NCBI GenBank assembly: GCA_963850905.1
Contig: CAWKMU010000003.1
Span: 3,328,001 to 3,392,000 of the forward strand
Direction: 5' to 3'
Origin: an uncultured Gemmatimonadales bacterium
Lineage (GTDB): Bacteria > Gemmatimonadota > Gemmatimonadetes > Gemmatimonadales > Gemmatimonadaceae
DNA length: 64,000 nt
Below are positions 32,170-40,965 of the stretch, one piece after another (positions within the stretch are counted from its first letter, which is position 1; the number at the start of each line of letters is the position of its first letter). The notes under the pieces were generated by a model. It did not search any database and was not told the DNA's origin. It saw nothing but the letters and a program-made list of their open reading frames with translations. A program made the translations under genes and the position numbers.

Positions 32170-33545
32170 ATCGACCAGCGCAGTGGTGGCGTCGCGCTGC
32201 GCTGACGTTTGGCGTTGCGGCATCGGCGGCCGGCGCGCAACAGCCGTCGACGCTGGACGGCGTCTGGATGACGGAGGGGTACGGCCTGGCGCTTCGGATG
32301 CACGGGGATGCGATGCAGGCCTTCGAGCTGACGGCAATCAGTTGCATCCCGTCCTTCGGCGCACACCAGGTCCCGACCAATGGGCAGGCCATCGTCTTCC
32401 AGGCCGACGGCGATCCGACCACGTTCCGCGTGCTGCCGGGCGCTGCGGGGGATGCGCGGCGGCTCCACGAAGACGGCGCCGCGTCGGACAAGATCATCCA
32501 TCGCATCGCGAGCCTGCCAACGGTATGTGCACACCCCGTCCCGAACGACCCCACGACGAACTTCGACGTGTTTTGGCAGACGTATCGGGAGCAGTACCCA
32601 TTCTTCGCGCTGCGACACGTCGATTGGGACGCCACACGTCGCCAGTTTCGTCCGCGCGCAGCTGGTGCGTCGCCCGAGCAGCTGTTCGGGATCCTGCGGG
32701 CGATGATCGAGCCCCTGCATGACGCGCACACGTACATCGGCGCCCCCGACACGGCACTCCGGTATCACGGTGAGCGCCCCGATCCGGAGCCGATCGATGC
32801 CGCCAGAAGGGAACGGGTACTGCAGATCATCATGACCAGCTACCTCCGCACGCCGTTGCACCAGTTTGCGCGCGGGTGGGTGCGGTTCGGGATGCTGCAG
32901 GACTCGATCGCCTACCTCCGGGTCGCGTCGTTTTGTTGCTACGTCCAGGACAGTGGGTACGCCGCCGATCGGCGCGTTCTCGACGCGGCCCTCGACACCA
33001 TCTTTGCCTCCACGAGCGGCTGGCGTGGGCTCGTGATCGACGTGCGTCTCAACGGCGGCGGCGACGACCCGTTGGGCCTCGCCATTGCGAGCCGACTGGC
33101 GACGGCACCGTACATGGCGTACGCAAAAGTGGCGCGTCGAGACACCACGAATCCGCTCCTCATGACTGATCGACAACCCAGCATCGTTGAGCCCAGCACA
33201 CGGCCGGGGTGGCGCGGTCCGGTCGTGGAGCTCATCAGTCGCCACAGCGTGAGTGCGGCGGAGACCTTCACGCAGACCCTCATGGCGCGCCAGCCCGCCA
33301 TAGCTCGGATTGGTGAGAACACCCAGGGCGTCTTCTCCAATGTCCTGGGGCGCCGCTTGCCAAACGGGTGGCGCTTTGGCCTCCCCAACGAGCTCTTCTT
33401 GACTGCCGAGGGAACGAGCTTCGATGGAGACGGGATCCCGCCAACGATAGCCGTTGCGACCTTTGCGGCCGCCGACCTCGCGGCCGGCCGGGATCCCGCG
33501 CTCGACCGCGCGATTGCCGTGATCGAGGGTGGCAAGACCCGGTAA
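32166..33545 (+). CDS. S41-family peptidase (tricorn-C1/IRBP-like)
   Basis: Signal peptide; FWQT...YPFF..R.VDW, L.DAHT, IDVRLNGGG, SAAETF, IGENTQG. Confidence 0.88.
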   Translation: MNRPAQWWRRAALTFGVAASAAGAQQPSTLDGVWMTEGYGLALRMHGDAMQAFELTAISCIPSFGAHQVPTNGQAIVFQADGDPTTFRVLPGAAGDARRLHEDGAASDKIIHRIASLPTVCAHPVPNDPTTNFDVFWQTYREQYPFFALRHVDWDATRRQFRPRAAGASPEQLFGILRAMIEPLHDAHTYIGAPDTALRYHGERPDPEPIDAARRERVLQIIMTSYLRTPLHQFARGWVRFGMLQDSIAYLRVASFCCYVQDSGYAADRRVLDAALDTIFASTSGWRGLVIDVRLNGGGDDPLGLAIASRLATAPYMAYAKVARRDTTNPLLMTDRQPSIVEPSTRPGWRGPVVELISRHSVSAAETFTQTLMARQPAIARIGENTQGVFSNVLGRRLPNGWRFGLPNELFLTAEGTSFDGDGIPPTIAVATFAAADLAAGRDPALDRAIAVIEGGKTR

Positions 33546-33707
33546 GCCTGTCCGAGGGCAGTGGTCCGTCGGATGGCCGTACCCGCCGCCGAATCGAAGC
33601 GGCGTGTGCCGTGTATTAGTTTTTCCGCAGTTGGGATCGGTCTGACGCCTTTCGCTCGCTGGTGGGCCGGGAGCACTTCCGTGGATTACGGTGCCGGCGG
33701 ATGCAGT

Positions 33708-34577
33708 GTGAGGTGCTGTCGAGCCACGACGTCATGGACGTGGACCGTGCTGCTCGTTGTGGCGGCTGCCGGTTGCTCGCACCCGACCGACGTCGCCAGC
33801 GTGAGCCGCATCGCGGTGACGCCGCCGACCGCGACGCTCGGGGTGCGCGATCAGCTCACCCTCGAGGCATCGCTCCTTGGGGGGTCCGGCGGTGCGCCCG
33901 GCGGCCCATCGATCTTCTGGTCGACCGAGGATTCATCGATCGCGCTCGTGTCGTCGACGGGGGTGGTCACGGCCATGGCGCCCGGCGTTGTACGTATTGC
34001 CGCCAGTGCAGAGGGGGTGTCCGGCACGGCGACGATCACCGTGCCCGTCGTGCAGGTCGCGTCGGTCACCGTCGTGCCGGACACCATCCGGCTCGCGCCG
34101 ACCGGTGCAGCTCGGCTCCTTGCGACCGCGTACGATGGATCGGGCAACATCGTCAACGGACTCGCCGTCACATGGGGCAGCAGCAACACGATGGTGGCAA
34201 CCGTGGATCAGACCGGGGCGGTGACGGCGGTGAGCGCGGGATCCTCCACTGTCAGCGCGGCGATCGGCGGGAAGATCGGGTCCGCCGCCGTGCTGGTCGC
34301 CGCACCGCAGGTGGCGACCGTCCTCATCGTGCCCGACACGCTCAACCTCGCCCTGGGGACGTCGGGTCGGTTGCAAGCCACTGCGTACGATGCGCATGGC
34401 GGCGTGATCACCGGATTGCCGGTGGCGTGGGGCAGCGCCAACGACGGGGTGGCGACGGTCGATGCCACTGGCACCGTCACCGGTACGGGGCGCGGTACCA
34501 CCAGCGTGTCTGCCGCGATCGGCGGCAAGGAGGGTTCGGCGACGGTGATCGTCGGGCCGCATGGGCCAAAGAATTAG
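33708..34577 (+). CDS. Lipoprotein with three bacterial Ig-like (Big_2) domains; start uncertain
   Basis: Lipobox AAAGC; three repeats of W.S....A.V...G.VT....G. Confidence 0.8.
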   Translation: MRCCRATTSWTWTVLLVVAAAGCSHPTDVASVSRIAVTPPTATLGVRDQLTLEASLLGGSGGAPGGPSIFWSTEDSSIALVSSTGVVTAMAPGVVRIAASAEGVSGTATITVPVVQVASVTVVPDTIRLAPTGAARLLATAYDGSGNIVNGLAVTWGSSNTMVATVDQTGAVTAVSAGSSTVSAAIGGKIGSAAVLVAAPQVATVLIVPDTLNLALGTSGRLQATAYDAHGGVITGLPVAWGSANDGVATVDATGTVTGTGRGTTSVSAAIGGKEGSATVIVGPHGPKN

Positions 34578-34762
34578 CTACGCCCCGCTGCGGACTGGTC
34601 CGCCCTCGACCAACGCCCCACGCCGCGTGCAGATTGGAGCGCAGGCAGCCACCCGGCGCCGATCGCTTGGCGGTACTCCACCGCCGATGGCCTACGGGCT
34701 CTGGTTGCGTGAGCGGCCCGGGGCCGCGTGGGACTGAGCCCCTGACAACGAGGAATCCGCTG

Positions 34763-35818
34763 ATGCAGGTGATCCCGCGCACGACCCGGCGAGTGCTCGC
34801 TCTAGGGTACAGTGTGAGTTGTGCCGCCGCACTGTCGACGGGCGCTCTCGCGGCGCAAAATGCGGGGCAGACCCTGTTCGTGGAGAACAGCAACAGCGGC
34901 GACGTCTCGGTCATCGACAACGCCACGCTGCGGGTCGTCGGCACGATTCCGCTGGGCCTCTCGCCTGACGACGTCATCGCCTCGCCCGACGGCTCGACGT
35001 TGTATGTGAGTCGGATCGTCCGCCAGGACAACGGCCGCCCCACGGGCCGCGGCGAGGTGGTAGCCGTCGATCCCACCGCGCGGACGATCCGGTGGCGGGC
35101 GGCATTCGCTGGTGTACCGAACCATCTCGCGGCGTCGCCCAATGGCAAACAGATCTACGTCACGATCGTCTCCTCGAGCTATGTCGATATTATCGATCCC
35201 GCCCGCCATGCGGTGGTCGACAGCGTAGATGTGGGGATTGGTCCCCACGACATCGTTGTCTCGCCCGACGGGCGGCGCATCTATGTGGGGCTGATCCGCG
35301 GCAACAAGGTGACGATCTTCGATGCCGCGACCCATCACATCATTCGCCAGATCCCCTTTGAGGCCGGCGTGCGGCCGATCGCCGTCACGCAGGACGAGCG
35401 CCGGCTCTTCGTGCAGCTCTCGAGCTTCCACGGATTTGCCGTCGTCGATCCGTCGACCGGAGAGACGATCCGTCGCGTGGCGATGCCGCTCGCGCCCGGG
35501 CGCACGCTGCCGGACTCGATGCCGGTCACAGCGGACCACGGACTCCGCATCACGGCTGACGGGCGCTATCTCGTCGCCAACGGGAGCATGGAGAACCTCG
35601 TGGCGGTATATGCGCTCCCGGATCTGTCGCTCGTCGGCACCATTCCGGTCGGCGACGATCCCAACTGGGTGACCTTCTCGCCGGACGGAGCGCGGGTCTA
35701 CATCAGCAATCGCGGGTCTGACGACGTGTCGGTCATCGACCTCGCGACGCGGCGGGAGATCGCGCGGATCAAGGTCGGCCGCTACCCGGAGCGGATGGCG
35801 GCGGTGGCGGCTCGCTGA
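34763..35818 (+). CDS. YVTN/YncE-family secreted beta-propeller
   Basis: ATG 34763 after GAGGA; repeated SPDG..(L/I)YV blades; SGDVSVID. Confidence 0.85.
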   Translation: MQVIPRTTRRVLALGYSVSCAAALSTGALAAQNAGQTLFVENSNSGDVSVIDNATLRVVGTIPLGLSPDDVIASPDGSTLYVSRIVRQDNGRPTGRGEVVAVDPTARTIRWRAAFAGVPNHLAASPNGKQIYVTIVSSSYVDIIDPARHAVVDSVDVGIGPHDIVVSPDGRRIYVGLIRGNKVTIFDAATHHIIRQIPFEAGVRPIAVTQDERRLFVQLSSFHGFAVVDPSTGETIRRVAMPLAPGRTLPDSMPVTADHGLRITADGRYLVANGSMENLVAVYALPDLSLVGTIPVGDDPNWVTFSPDGARVYISNRGSDDVSVIDLATRREIARIKVGRYPERMAAVAAR

Positions 35819-35841
35819 GCGCGGTTCCCCCGCGGCCGTCG

Positions 35842-36330
35842 GTGTCGCCCCTCGAGCCGAGGGCGGGGAGAGTGCTTCCGGTCCTCACGACGCGGCGCGA
35901 GTTCATTTGCGGCGCGGCGCGGACCCTGGTGGCGGGCGTGGCCGCTCCACTCCTCCTGTCGGCCTGTCACTCGGGCGCGCTGGGCACGACTGCCGCTCCC
36001 GTTGCCGCGTCGGGGCAGCGGGTGGACGCGGACGTCAGTCGCCTTGCAGCCGACGGCGATTGGCTGATCGCCCCATGGATGGGCTCCGACGCCGCGCCCG
36101 TGCTCGTGGTGCGGCAGTCGGCCGGGCAGTACCTCGCGCTCTCGATGCAATGCACGCACATGGGCTGCCCAGTCAACGCGCCGGTGCAGGGGGTGATGAC
36201 GTGCCCCTGCCACGGCTCGCAGTTCGACCTGGCCGGGCAGGTCCGACACGGACCCGCGCAGTACCCGCTCGGCCGGTACGCAACGGCCTTCGACGCCACG
36301 ACGAAGCGGGTAACGGTCACACTCGGCTGA
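35842..36330 (+). CDS. Tat-exported Rieske [2Fe-2S] lipoprotein
   Basis: TRREF twin-arginine motif, LSAC lipobox, CTHMGC and CPCHGSQF. Confidence 0.9.
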   Translation: MSPLEPRAGRVLPVLTTRREFICGAARTLVAGVAAPLLLSACHSGALGTTAAPVAASGQRVDADVSRLAADGDWLIAPWMGSDAAPVLVVRQSAGQYLALSMQCTHMGCPVNAPVQGVMTCPCHGSQFDLAGQVRHGPAQYPLGRYATAFDATTKRVTVTLG

Positions 36331-36511
36331 ACGCGGCAACGACGATTCGTCGCCCCGTTCAGCCGCCGAAGGGTCGTGTCATTGGGTCGGTGTCGTCTGG
36401 ATTATAGAGTCGCTGGAACGTGAACACGCTCAGCCCACCGCCGCTCGCGACAGCGCTGGTCGACACGCTATTCGCGACCTGCATCACGTAGTCGGTGACG
36501 GATGGTTCGGG

Positions 36512-36940
36512 CTACGGGGACGTCAGGGGGGTGACGCGGCGGAGCGTGTCGGCAGACTCGACGCCGTCCAGCGTGAGCGTGCCCGGGATGCTGGCCTGAC
36601 TCGCGACCTCCCCGGTGAAGCTGCCCGTGCCCGGTTCCATCTCGAACGACACGGCGATGGCCGAGCCCATGAGCGTGCCGTGGACCGGGCTGCCATCGAC
36701 GATGCTGCCGCAGGCTGCGACGAGGTTGCAGACAGCGACCCCGGAGATCGAGTCGCCCGAGGATTCGAACGTGAAGGAGAGATCCGTCGTGGCCCACTGG
36801 CCGGCGATGTCGAACAATGCGGGTGCGGCCGACGGCGCCGCGGTGTCGCTGCAGCCACCCAGGGTGAGCGCGCCCGCGGCAGCGCACACGACGGCTCGAA
36901 CCGCGATCGAACCCAACCGGTGGCCATCCTGGGAGCGCAT
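36512..36940 (-). CDS. Hypothetical lipoprotein; start uncertain
   Basis: Hydrophobic stretch ending LGGC; beta-rich body (IAGQW...ISG...GTL). Confidence 0.6.
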   Translation of the reverse strand: MRSQDGHRLGSIAVRAVVCAAAGALTLGGCSDTAAPSAAPALFDIAGQWATTDLSFTFESSGDSISGVAVCNLVAACGSIVDGSPVHGTLMGSAIAVSFEMEPGTGSFTGEVASQASIPGTLTLDGVESADTLRRVTPLTSP

Positions 36941-37184
36941 CCTGAGTTGCATAAGTGCAACTCGGGGGCCGGTGCTGGCTCGGCGCGCGACCGATCCGTC
37001 GGCCGTTGGATGCATTACCTGAGGCGTAGTGGCCGAATCGATTGACGGCAAGCGAGTTGTGGCGAGCGGCAGTGTTGACACTGCTGCGGGTGGACCCCGA
37101 TGACGCCCGTCGACACCCCCCGGCGTGCCGGCTTCGCTGTTTCCCGTCCGGCGCGATAGTGGTGGCGAACTGTCGTCCTGACAT

Positions 37185-37212
37185 ACTGCGTATAAGAGGT
37201 ATTATGTAAACT
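37185..37212 (+). other. dif: dif site (XerC/XerD recombination site)
   Basis: ACTGCGTATAA-GAGGTA-TTATGTAAACT: 11-6-11 architecture with inner TAA/TTA; intergenic AT-rich island in GC-rich DNA. Confidence 0.88.
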
Positions 37213-37249
37213 TCCCACCCACATAGGGTGTGGAGAACTCCGACCTCGG

Positions 37250-38071
37250 TTACCCGATGGGGTCGCGGACCGGACCGGCTGGGCCGCCACCCGGGCTCGC
37301 CCGCCGCTCCGCCGGCGGCGCGCTCAGGTCCGCGACCGGATCGCGCTTCTCGGCCCGGATGAAGGCGTCCAGCGTCCGGTGCGTCACACGCAGCCGACGC
37401 GCGAGCGCGGTCTCGATCGAGTCCGATCGGCGGAGACCGCTCACGGTCGTGAGCAGCTGGTCGAGCGTGAACCGCTGCGCCCGCGCGGCGAAGGCCGCCA
37501 AGCTCTCGGGCCAGAGCGCGTACCCAATGATCCGCGAGGCCGGCATCGACGGCGCCGCGAGCGGCAACACGGCCAGGGCCAGCCGCTCGAGCGGACTCGT
37601 CCCGTCGCGGTAGCGCGGATACGGCGGCGTCCCCCAGTCGATCGGCGCGCGTTTGCCCCACCCGCTGAGCCCGGCGTCGGAGAGGATCGCCTCATAGCCC
37701 GGCGGACGCTTGGCCGCCGGCACCGTCGGGGGCGCGTCGATCAAATGGTCGAGGACCCCGATCGGGACGCCCAAGCGCGTCGCCAGGAGCACGCGGACCC
37801 GGTTGTACCGCCGGTGTCGGCGAAAGAGGTTCGCCACCTGCGAGTCGTCCACACCCGCCCCGCTCGCCCACGCCGCCAGCGACTCCGGGTACATGACGAG
37901 CTGCACGACTTCGCTGGCCGACAGCGCCGCAATGTGTCGCTCCACATTGTCGACGGCCGACCGCACGATGGGATCGTCCGGCCCGCGCTCGAGGGACGCC
38001 GGCGATCGCCCCTCCGGAGCGCCGCCCGTGGCGCTCGACCCCCCAGGCGCCCGCACCGGCCGGTCGGCCAC
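37250..38071 (-). CDS. Hypothetical protein with two tandem Ner/lambda-repressor-like HTH repeats
   Basis: YPESLAAWA...RR..VRVLLATRLGV...LDHLI and WPESLAAFA...RR..IETALARRLRV...LDAFI. Confidence 0.65.
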   Translation of the reverse strand: MADRPVRAPGGSSATGGAPEGRSPASLERGPDDPIVRSAVDNVERHIAALSASEVVQLVMYPESLAAWASGAGVDDSQVANLFRRHRRYNRVRVLLATRLGVPIGVLDHLIDAPPTVPAAKRPPGYEAILSDAGLSGWGKRAPIDWGTPPYPRYRDGTSPLERLALAVLPLAAPSMPASRIIGYALWPESLAAFAARAQRFTLDQLLTTVSGLRRSDSIETALARRLRVTHRTLDAFIRAEKRDPVADLSAPPAERRASPGGGPAGPVRDPIG

Positions 38072-38201
38072 TAGGCGCCCGGCCCCGCGTGGTCCACACC
38101 CACTCGCACAATCGCGTCAGTCGTGTGCAACGGCCTCCCGTCGGCGGTCAGCGGCCCCCCAGTTGCGGCCCCCTGCAGCCGGCCTCGGGGACGCGCCGGA
38201 G

Positions 38202-38230
38202 AACCTACTGAGACATCACGCGAGGGTCAA
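38202..38230 (-). promoter_or_regulatory. Candidate sigma70 promoter for 37250-38071
   Basis: TTGACC-N17-TAGGTT on the minus strand. Confidence 0.55.
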
Positions 38231-38398
38231 TGCACTAAGCGGTTGACAGGGTGGTGCTTGTGCGGGCGTCGCCCGCGCCGGTGTCTGCCCCCGCGGAAAG
38301 GGATCGTTGCAGAGGAAACTTTCCACATCTCATCTTCATTTCCATGGCGCCTCAGGCCCTCGCGACACCATCGCCGCACCCCATGACCGATCAGGGCC

Positions 38399-38423
38399 AA
38401 AAAAAAACGCCCCGAGCGGGGCG
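38399..38423 (-). terminator. Intrinsic terminator
   Basis: CGCCCC-GCTC-GGGGCG followed by T9 on the minus strand, downstream of the HAD gene. Confidence 0.8.
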
Positions 38424-38512
38424 ACAGTCGGGCCGAAACGCGCCCCCTCACGAGGTCAGTCGGAAGACCAGCGGCCTACGCTCTCCTGTCTGCAGGTCGA
38501 CTGTCTCGGGCG
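38408..38512. ncRNA. Candidate structured RNA (attenuator or small RNA); family and strand unassigned
   Basis: Long-range stems GACAGTCG/CGACTGTC and CGCC(C)CGAG/CTCGGGCG; internal hairpins CCTG/CAGG, CCTC/GAGG and GTC-GGAA-GAC. Confidence 0.4.
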
Positions 38513-38514
38513 CT

Positions 38515-39252
38515 TTAGCGCCCGCCCCTCACCCCGCTCCCGACGGCCGATCCGCTCCCCCCACCCCGACCCGACCCGACCCGCTCCGGGTCGTCGCTCA
38601 ACAGGCGATCGATCAGCTCCACTACGCCGGCGCCATGGTCACCCACGGTCACAAGATCGGCGCGCTCCTTGAGCGCCGGCACCGCGTTCGCCACCGCGAC
38701 TCCACACCCGGCCGCCGCCAGAAACGCGTGGTCGTTCTCCCCATCACCCACCGCGACCACGTCCCGCGCCGACAGCCCCAGCTCCTCCACCGCGGCCACC
38801 AACCCCGTCGCCTTGTTCACGCCCAATGGCAGCACCATGACGGCGCCCTTGTTGAAGATCACCTCGTGCTCGAGGCCGAGGTCCCGGATCGCCTCCAGCA
38901 CGTCCACCTCGTACGGCTCCCGCGTCGCCACGATCACGCGTCCCACCGAGAGCGGTGTCACGCCGCGGTCCCGAAGCACCCGCACCAGCGCCTCCGGCGC
39001 GGGCTCCGCCAGGACACGCTCCCGTCGCGTCGCCGGGTCGTAGACGACCGCCCCGTTCTCGGCCACCACCCGACTGAACCAGCCGAGCTCGGGACACACT
39101 CGGGCGAGATCGTCGAGCTCCCGACCGGTCACCAGAATGACCTTCCGGCCCGACACTCGGTAGCGCTCCATCGCCGCGGCCGTGACATCATCCACACGGC
39201 CACCCGTCGCGAGCGTTCCGTCGTAGTCCGTTGCCAGCGCCAGATATCGCAC
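38515..39252 (-). CDS. HAD-superfamily (Cof-like, IIB) hydrolase
   Basis: ATDYDGTL, VTGR, NKATG, GDGEND, AVANA. Confidence 0.92.
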   Translation of the reverse strand: MRYLALATDYDGTLATGGRVDDVTAAAMERYRVSGRKVILVTGRELDDLARVCPELGWFSRVVAENGAVVYDPATRRERVLAEPAPEALVRVLRDRGVTPLSVGRVIVATREPYEVDVLEAIRDLGLEHEVIFNKGAVMVLPLGVNKATGLVAAVEELGLSARDVVAVGDGENDHAFLAAAGCGVAVANAVPALKERADLVTVGDHGAGVVELIDRLLSDDPERVGSGRGGGSGSAVGSGVRGGR

Positions 39253-39446
39253 TCGTCGCCCCCATAGACCCCCAGCGTCAGCGCACGGGGGGTGCCAAGA
39301 TCCTCAAGGCCGAGCCTGCCCCACTCCACGCACAGCTCGACCCCGAAACTCTACCCTCCGAGCCCCGTAGTGATCAACAGAGGGGTAACAGCATACCCGG
39401 GCGTGCGCCGCCATGTGGCCGGCGCCCCCTTCGACGTGGGAGGCCA

Positions 39447-39779
39447 GTGGCTGACGGGTTGGAAGGGGTTCTCGCGATTGTCGGCTTCTTCGTCTTCGGG
39501 GCGTATACCGTGACCACGTTGGCTCGCCTGTTCGTGCAATGGCGGACGCACCCGCGCGCGACCGGCATCGACCCCGTGGCCCTCGAGGAGCGTTTGACCA
39601 GAATCGAGGCGGCACTCGAGAACGTCGGCGCCGAGGCGCAGCGCCTGACCGAGGGACAGCGCTTCTTCGCCGAACTCCTGACGAATCGCTCCGCACCGCC
39701 CGTCATCGCTGGCTCCCGCAATGGGGATCACCTCGAGAGGCACGCGACACCGTCTCGTTTGAACCCGGGAGGCGTGTGA
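39447..39779 (+). CDS. Small single-TM coiled-coil protein, paralog 1
   Basis: GGGAGG RBS; TM helix; LEERLTRIE...QRLTEGQRFF.ELL. Confidence 0.7.
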   Translation: MADGLEGVLAIVGFFVFGAYTVTTLARLFVQWRTHPRATGIDPVALEERLTRIEAALENVGAEAQRLTEGQRFFAELLTNRSAPPVIAGSRNGDHLERHATPSRLNPGGV

Positions 39780-40075
39780 CTGTGATTGCCATGGTCGTCG
39801 TCATCGCGTTTATCATCGCCGCCGCCTATACGGCCACGACGGTGGCTCGCGTCGCCGCCCGCTGGAACCTGCAGCGGCACGGCCACGGGGTCGATTCGGC
39901 CGCGCTCGAGGAGCGCCTGGCAAGGCTCGAAGCCTCCGTCGAAGGACTCGGGGTGCAGACGCAGCGGCTGACCGACGGCCACCGCTTTTTCACGGAGTTG
40001 CTGACCAATCGCCCGCCGGCCGCGATCGGCGGCGCCAAGGGCACCGATTCTGTCGGGAAAAGCAGCGGCAGGTAG
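39776..40075 (+). CDS. Small single-TM coiled-coil protein, paralog 2
   Basis: GTGA overlap with paralog 1; LEERLARLE...QRLTDGHRFFTELL. Confidence 0.7.
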   Translation: MTVIAMVVVIAFIIAAAYTATTVARVAARWNLQRHGHGVDSAALEERLARLEASVEGLGVQTQRLTDGHRFFTELLTNRPPAAIGGAKGTDSVGKSSGR

Positions 40076-40107
40076 GACGACGGCCCGGCCCCGCCCGTCG
40101 CCCCCCT

Positions 40108-40965
40108 TCACACGTCGACCAGTTCCCCGCGGAACACAATCCGCCCCTCGCCACGGAGCGACGCCGCCCAACGGTCGTCGTCCCGCCGCACGGTCACGTC
40201 CACCGGCTTCCCCGACCGCGTCCAGATGCGCACCAGCGGACCGGCATCCTCCTTCCAGGCCAGCAGCAGCGTGGCCGCCGCGATTGCACCAGTCCCACAG
40301 GCGAGCGTCTCCCCCTCCACTCCCCGCTCGTACGTGCGCATCGACCATCCGCCGCGAGCGTCCCGCGCGAGGAAGTTGACATTCGCACCCGGTGGCCCGG
40401 CCCAGGCGTCGTGACGAAGGGTCCGACCGCGTGCGATGACATCGACCGACTCGACATCGTCCACGACGACCACGAAATGCGGCACGCCCACGAGCGCATA
40501 CCCGATCACCGCCTCTCCCGCGGCGCGCGCCACCGCCGTGTTCATCGTCACTCGCTCGATCCGTCCCACGTCGAACTCGGGCGTGCCCGAGACGATGCGT
40601 CCACGCAGAATGCCGGAGTCGGTCGCGATGCGGAGCGTCGAGCCGGGTGACGCGATGTCGAGCGCATGCGCGAGTCGCACGGTACACAGGGTTGCGTTGC
40701 CGCACAGATCGGCCGGTGAGCCGTCGCTGTTAACGTAGCGAATCCTCACATCGGCGGCGGGATCGCCTTCCAGGAGCACGACCCCATCCGCGCCGACGCC
40801 AGTGCCGCGAGCACAGAGCTCCCGAATGCGCTCGGCTGACAGATCCATCGGATCGTGGCGTGCGTCCAGGAAGAGGAAGTCGTTCCCCGATCCGGTCAAC
40901 TTGAAAAACTGGGTCACAACGGCATCACCATCGGCCTGCTCCACTCCTTCAACAGGGCTATGCAC
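40108..40965 (-). CDS. dapF: Diaminopimelate epimerase
   Basis: FFKL.G.GNDF, NSDGS...CGNA, GVPH, NVNF, ERGV..ETLACGTGA. Confidence 0.95.
   Translation of the reverse strand: MHSPVEGVEQADGDAVVTQFFKLTGSGNDFLFLDARHDPMDLSAERIRELCARGTGVGADGVVLLEGDPAADVRIRYVNSDGSPADLCGNATLCTVRLAHALDIASPGSTLRIATDSGILRGRIVSGTPEFDVGRIERVTMNTAVARAAGEAVIGYALVGVPHFVVVVDDVESVDVIARGRTLRHDAWAGPPGANVNFLARDARGGWSMRTYERGVEGETLACGTGAIAAATLLLAWKEDAGPLVRIWTRSGKPVDVTVRRDDDRWAASLRGEGRIVFRGELVDV

Noticed and set aside
33662..34762. N-terminal 367 aa of the 718-aa ORF 33662-35818
   Set aside because: Arg-rich off-frame shadow of the Ig-repeat gene; the real propeller gene starts at ATG 34763 with an RBS
38420..38510. Assignment as SRP RNA (ffs)
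   Set aside because: The resemblance to helix 8 is partial and the conserved CAGG/AGCA loop is not matched; left as an unassigned candidate
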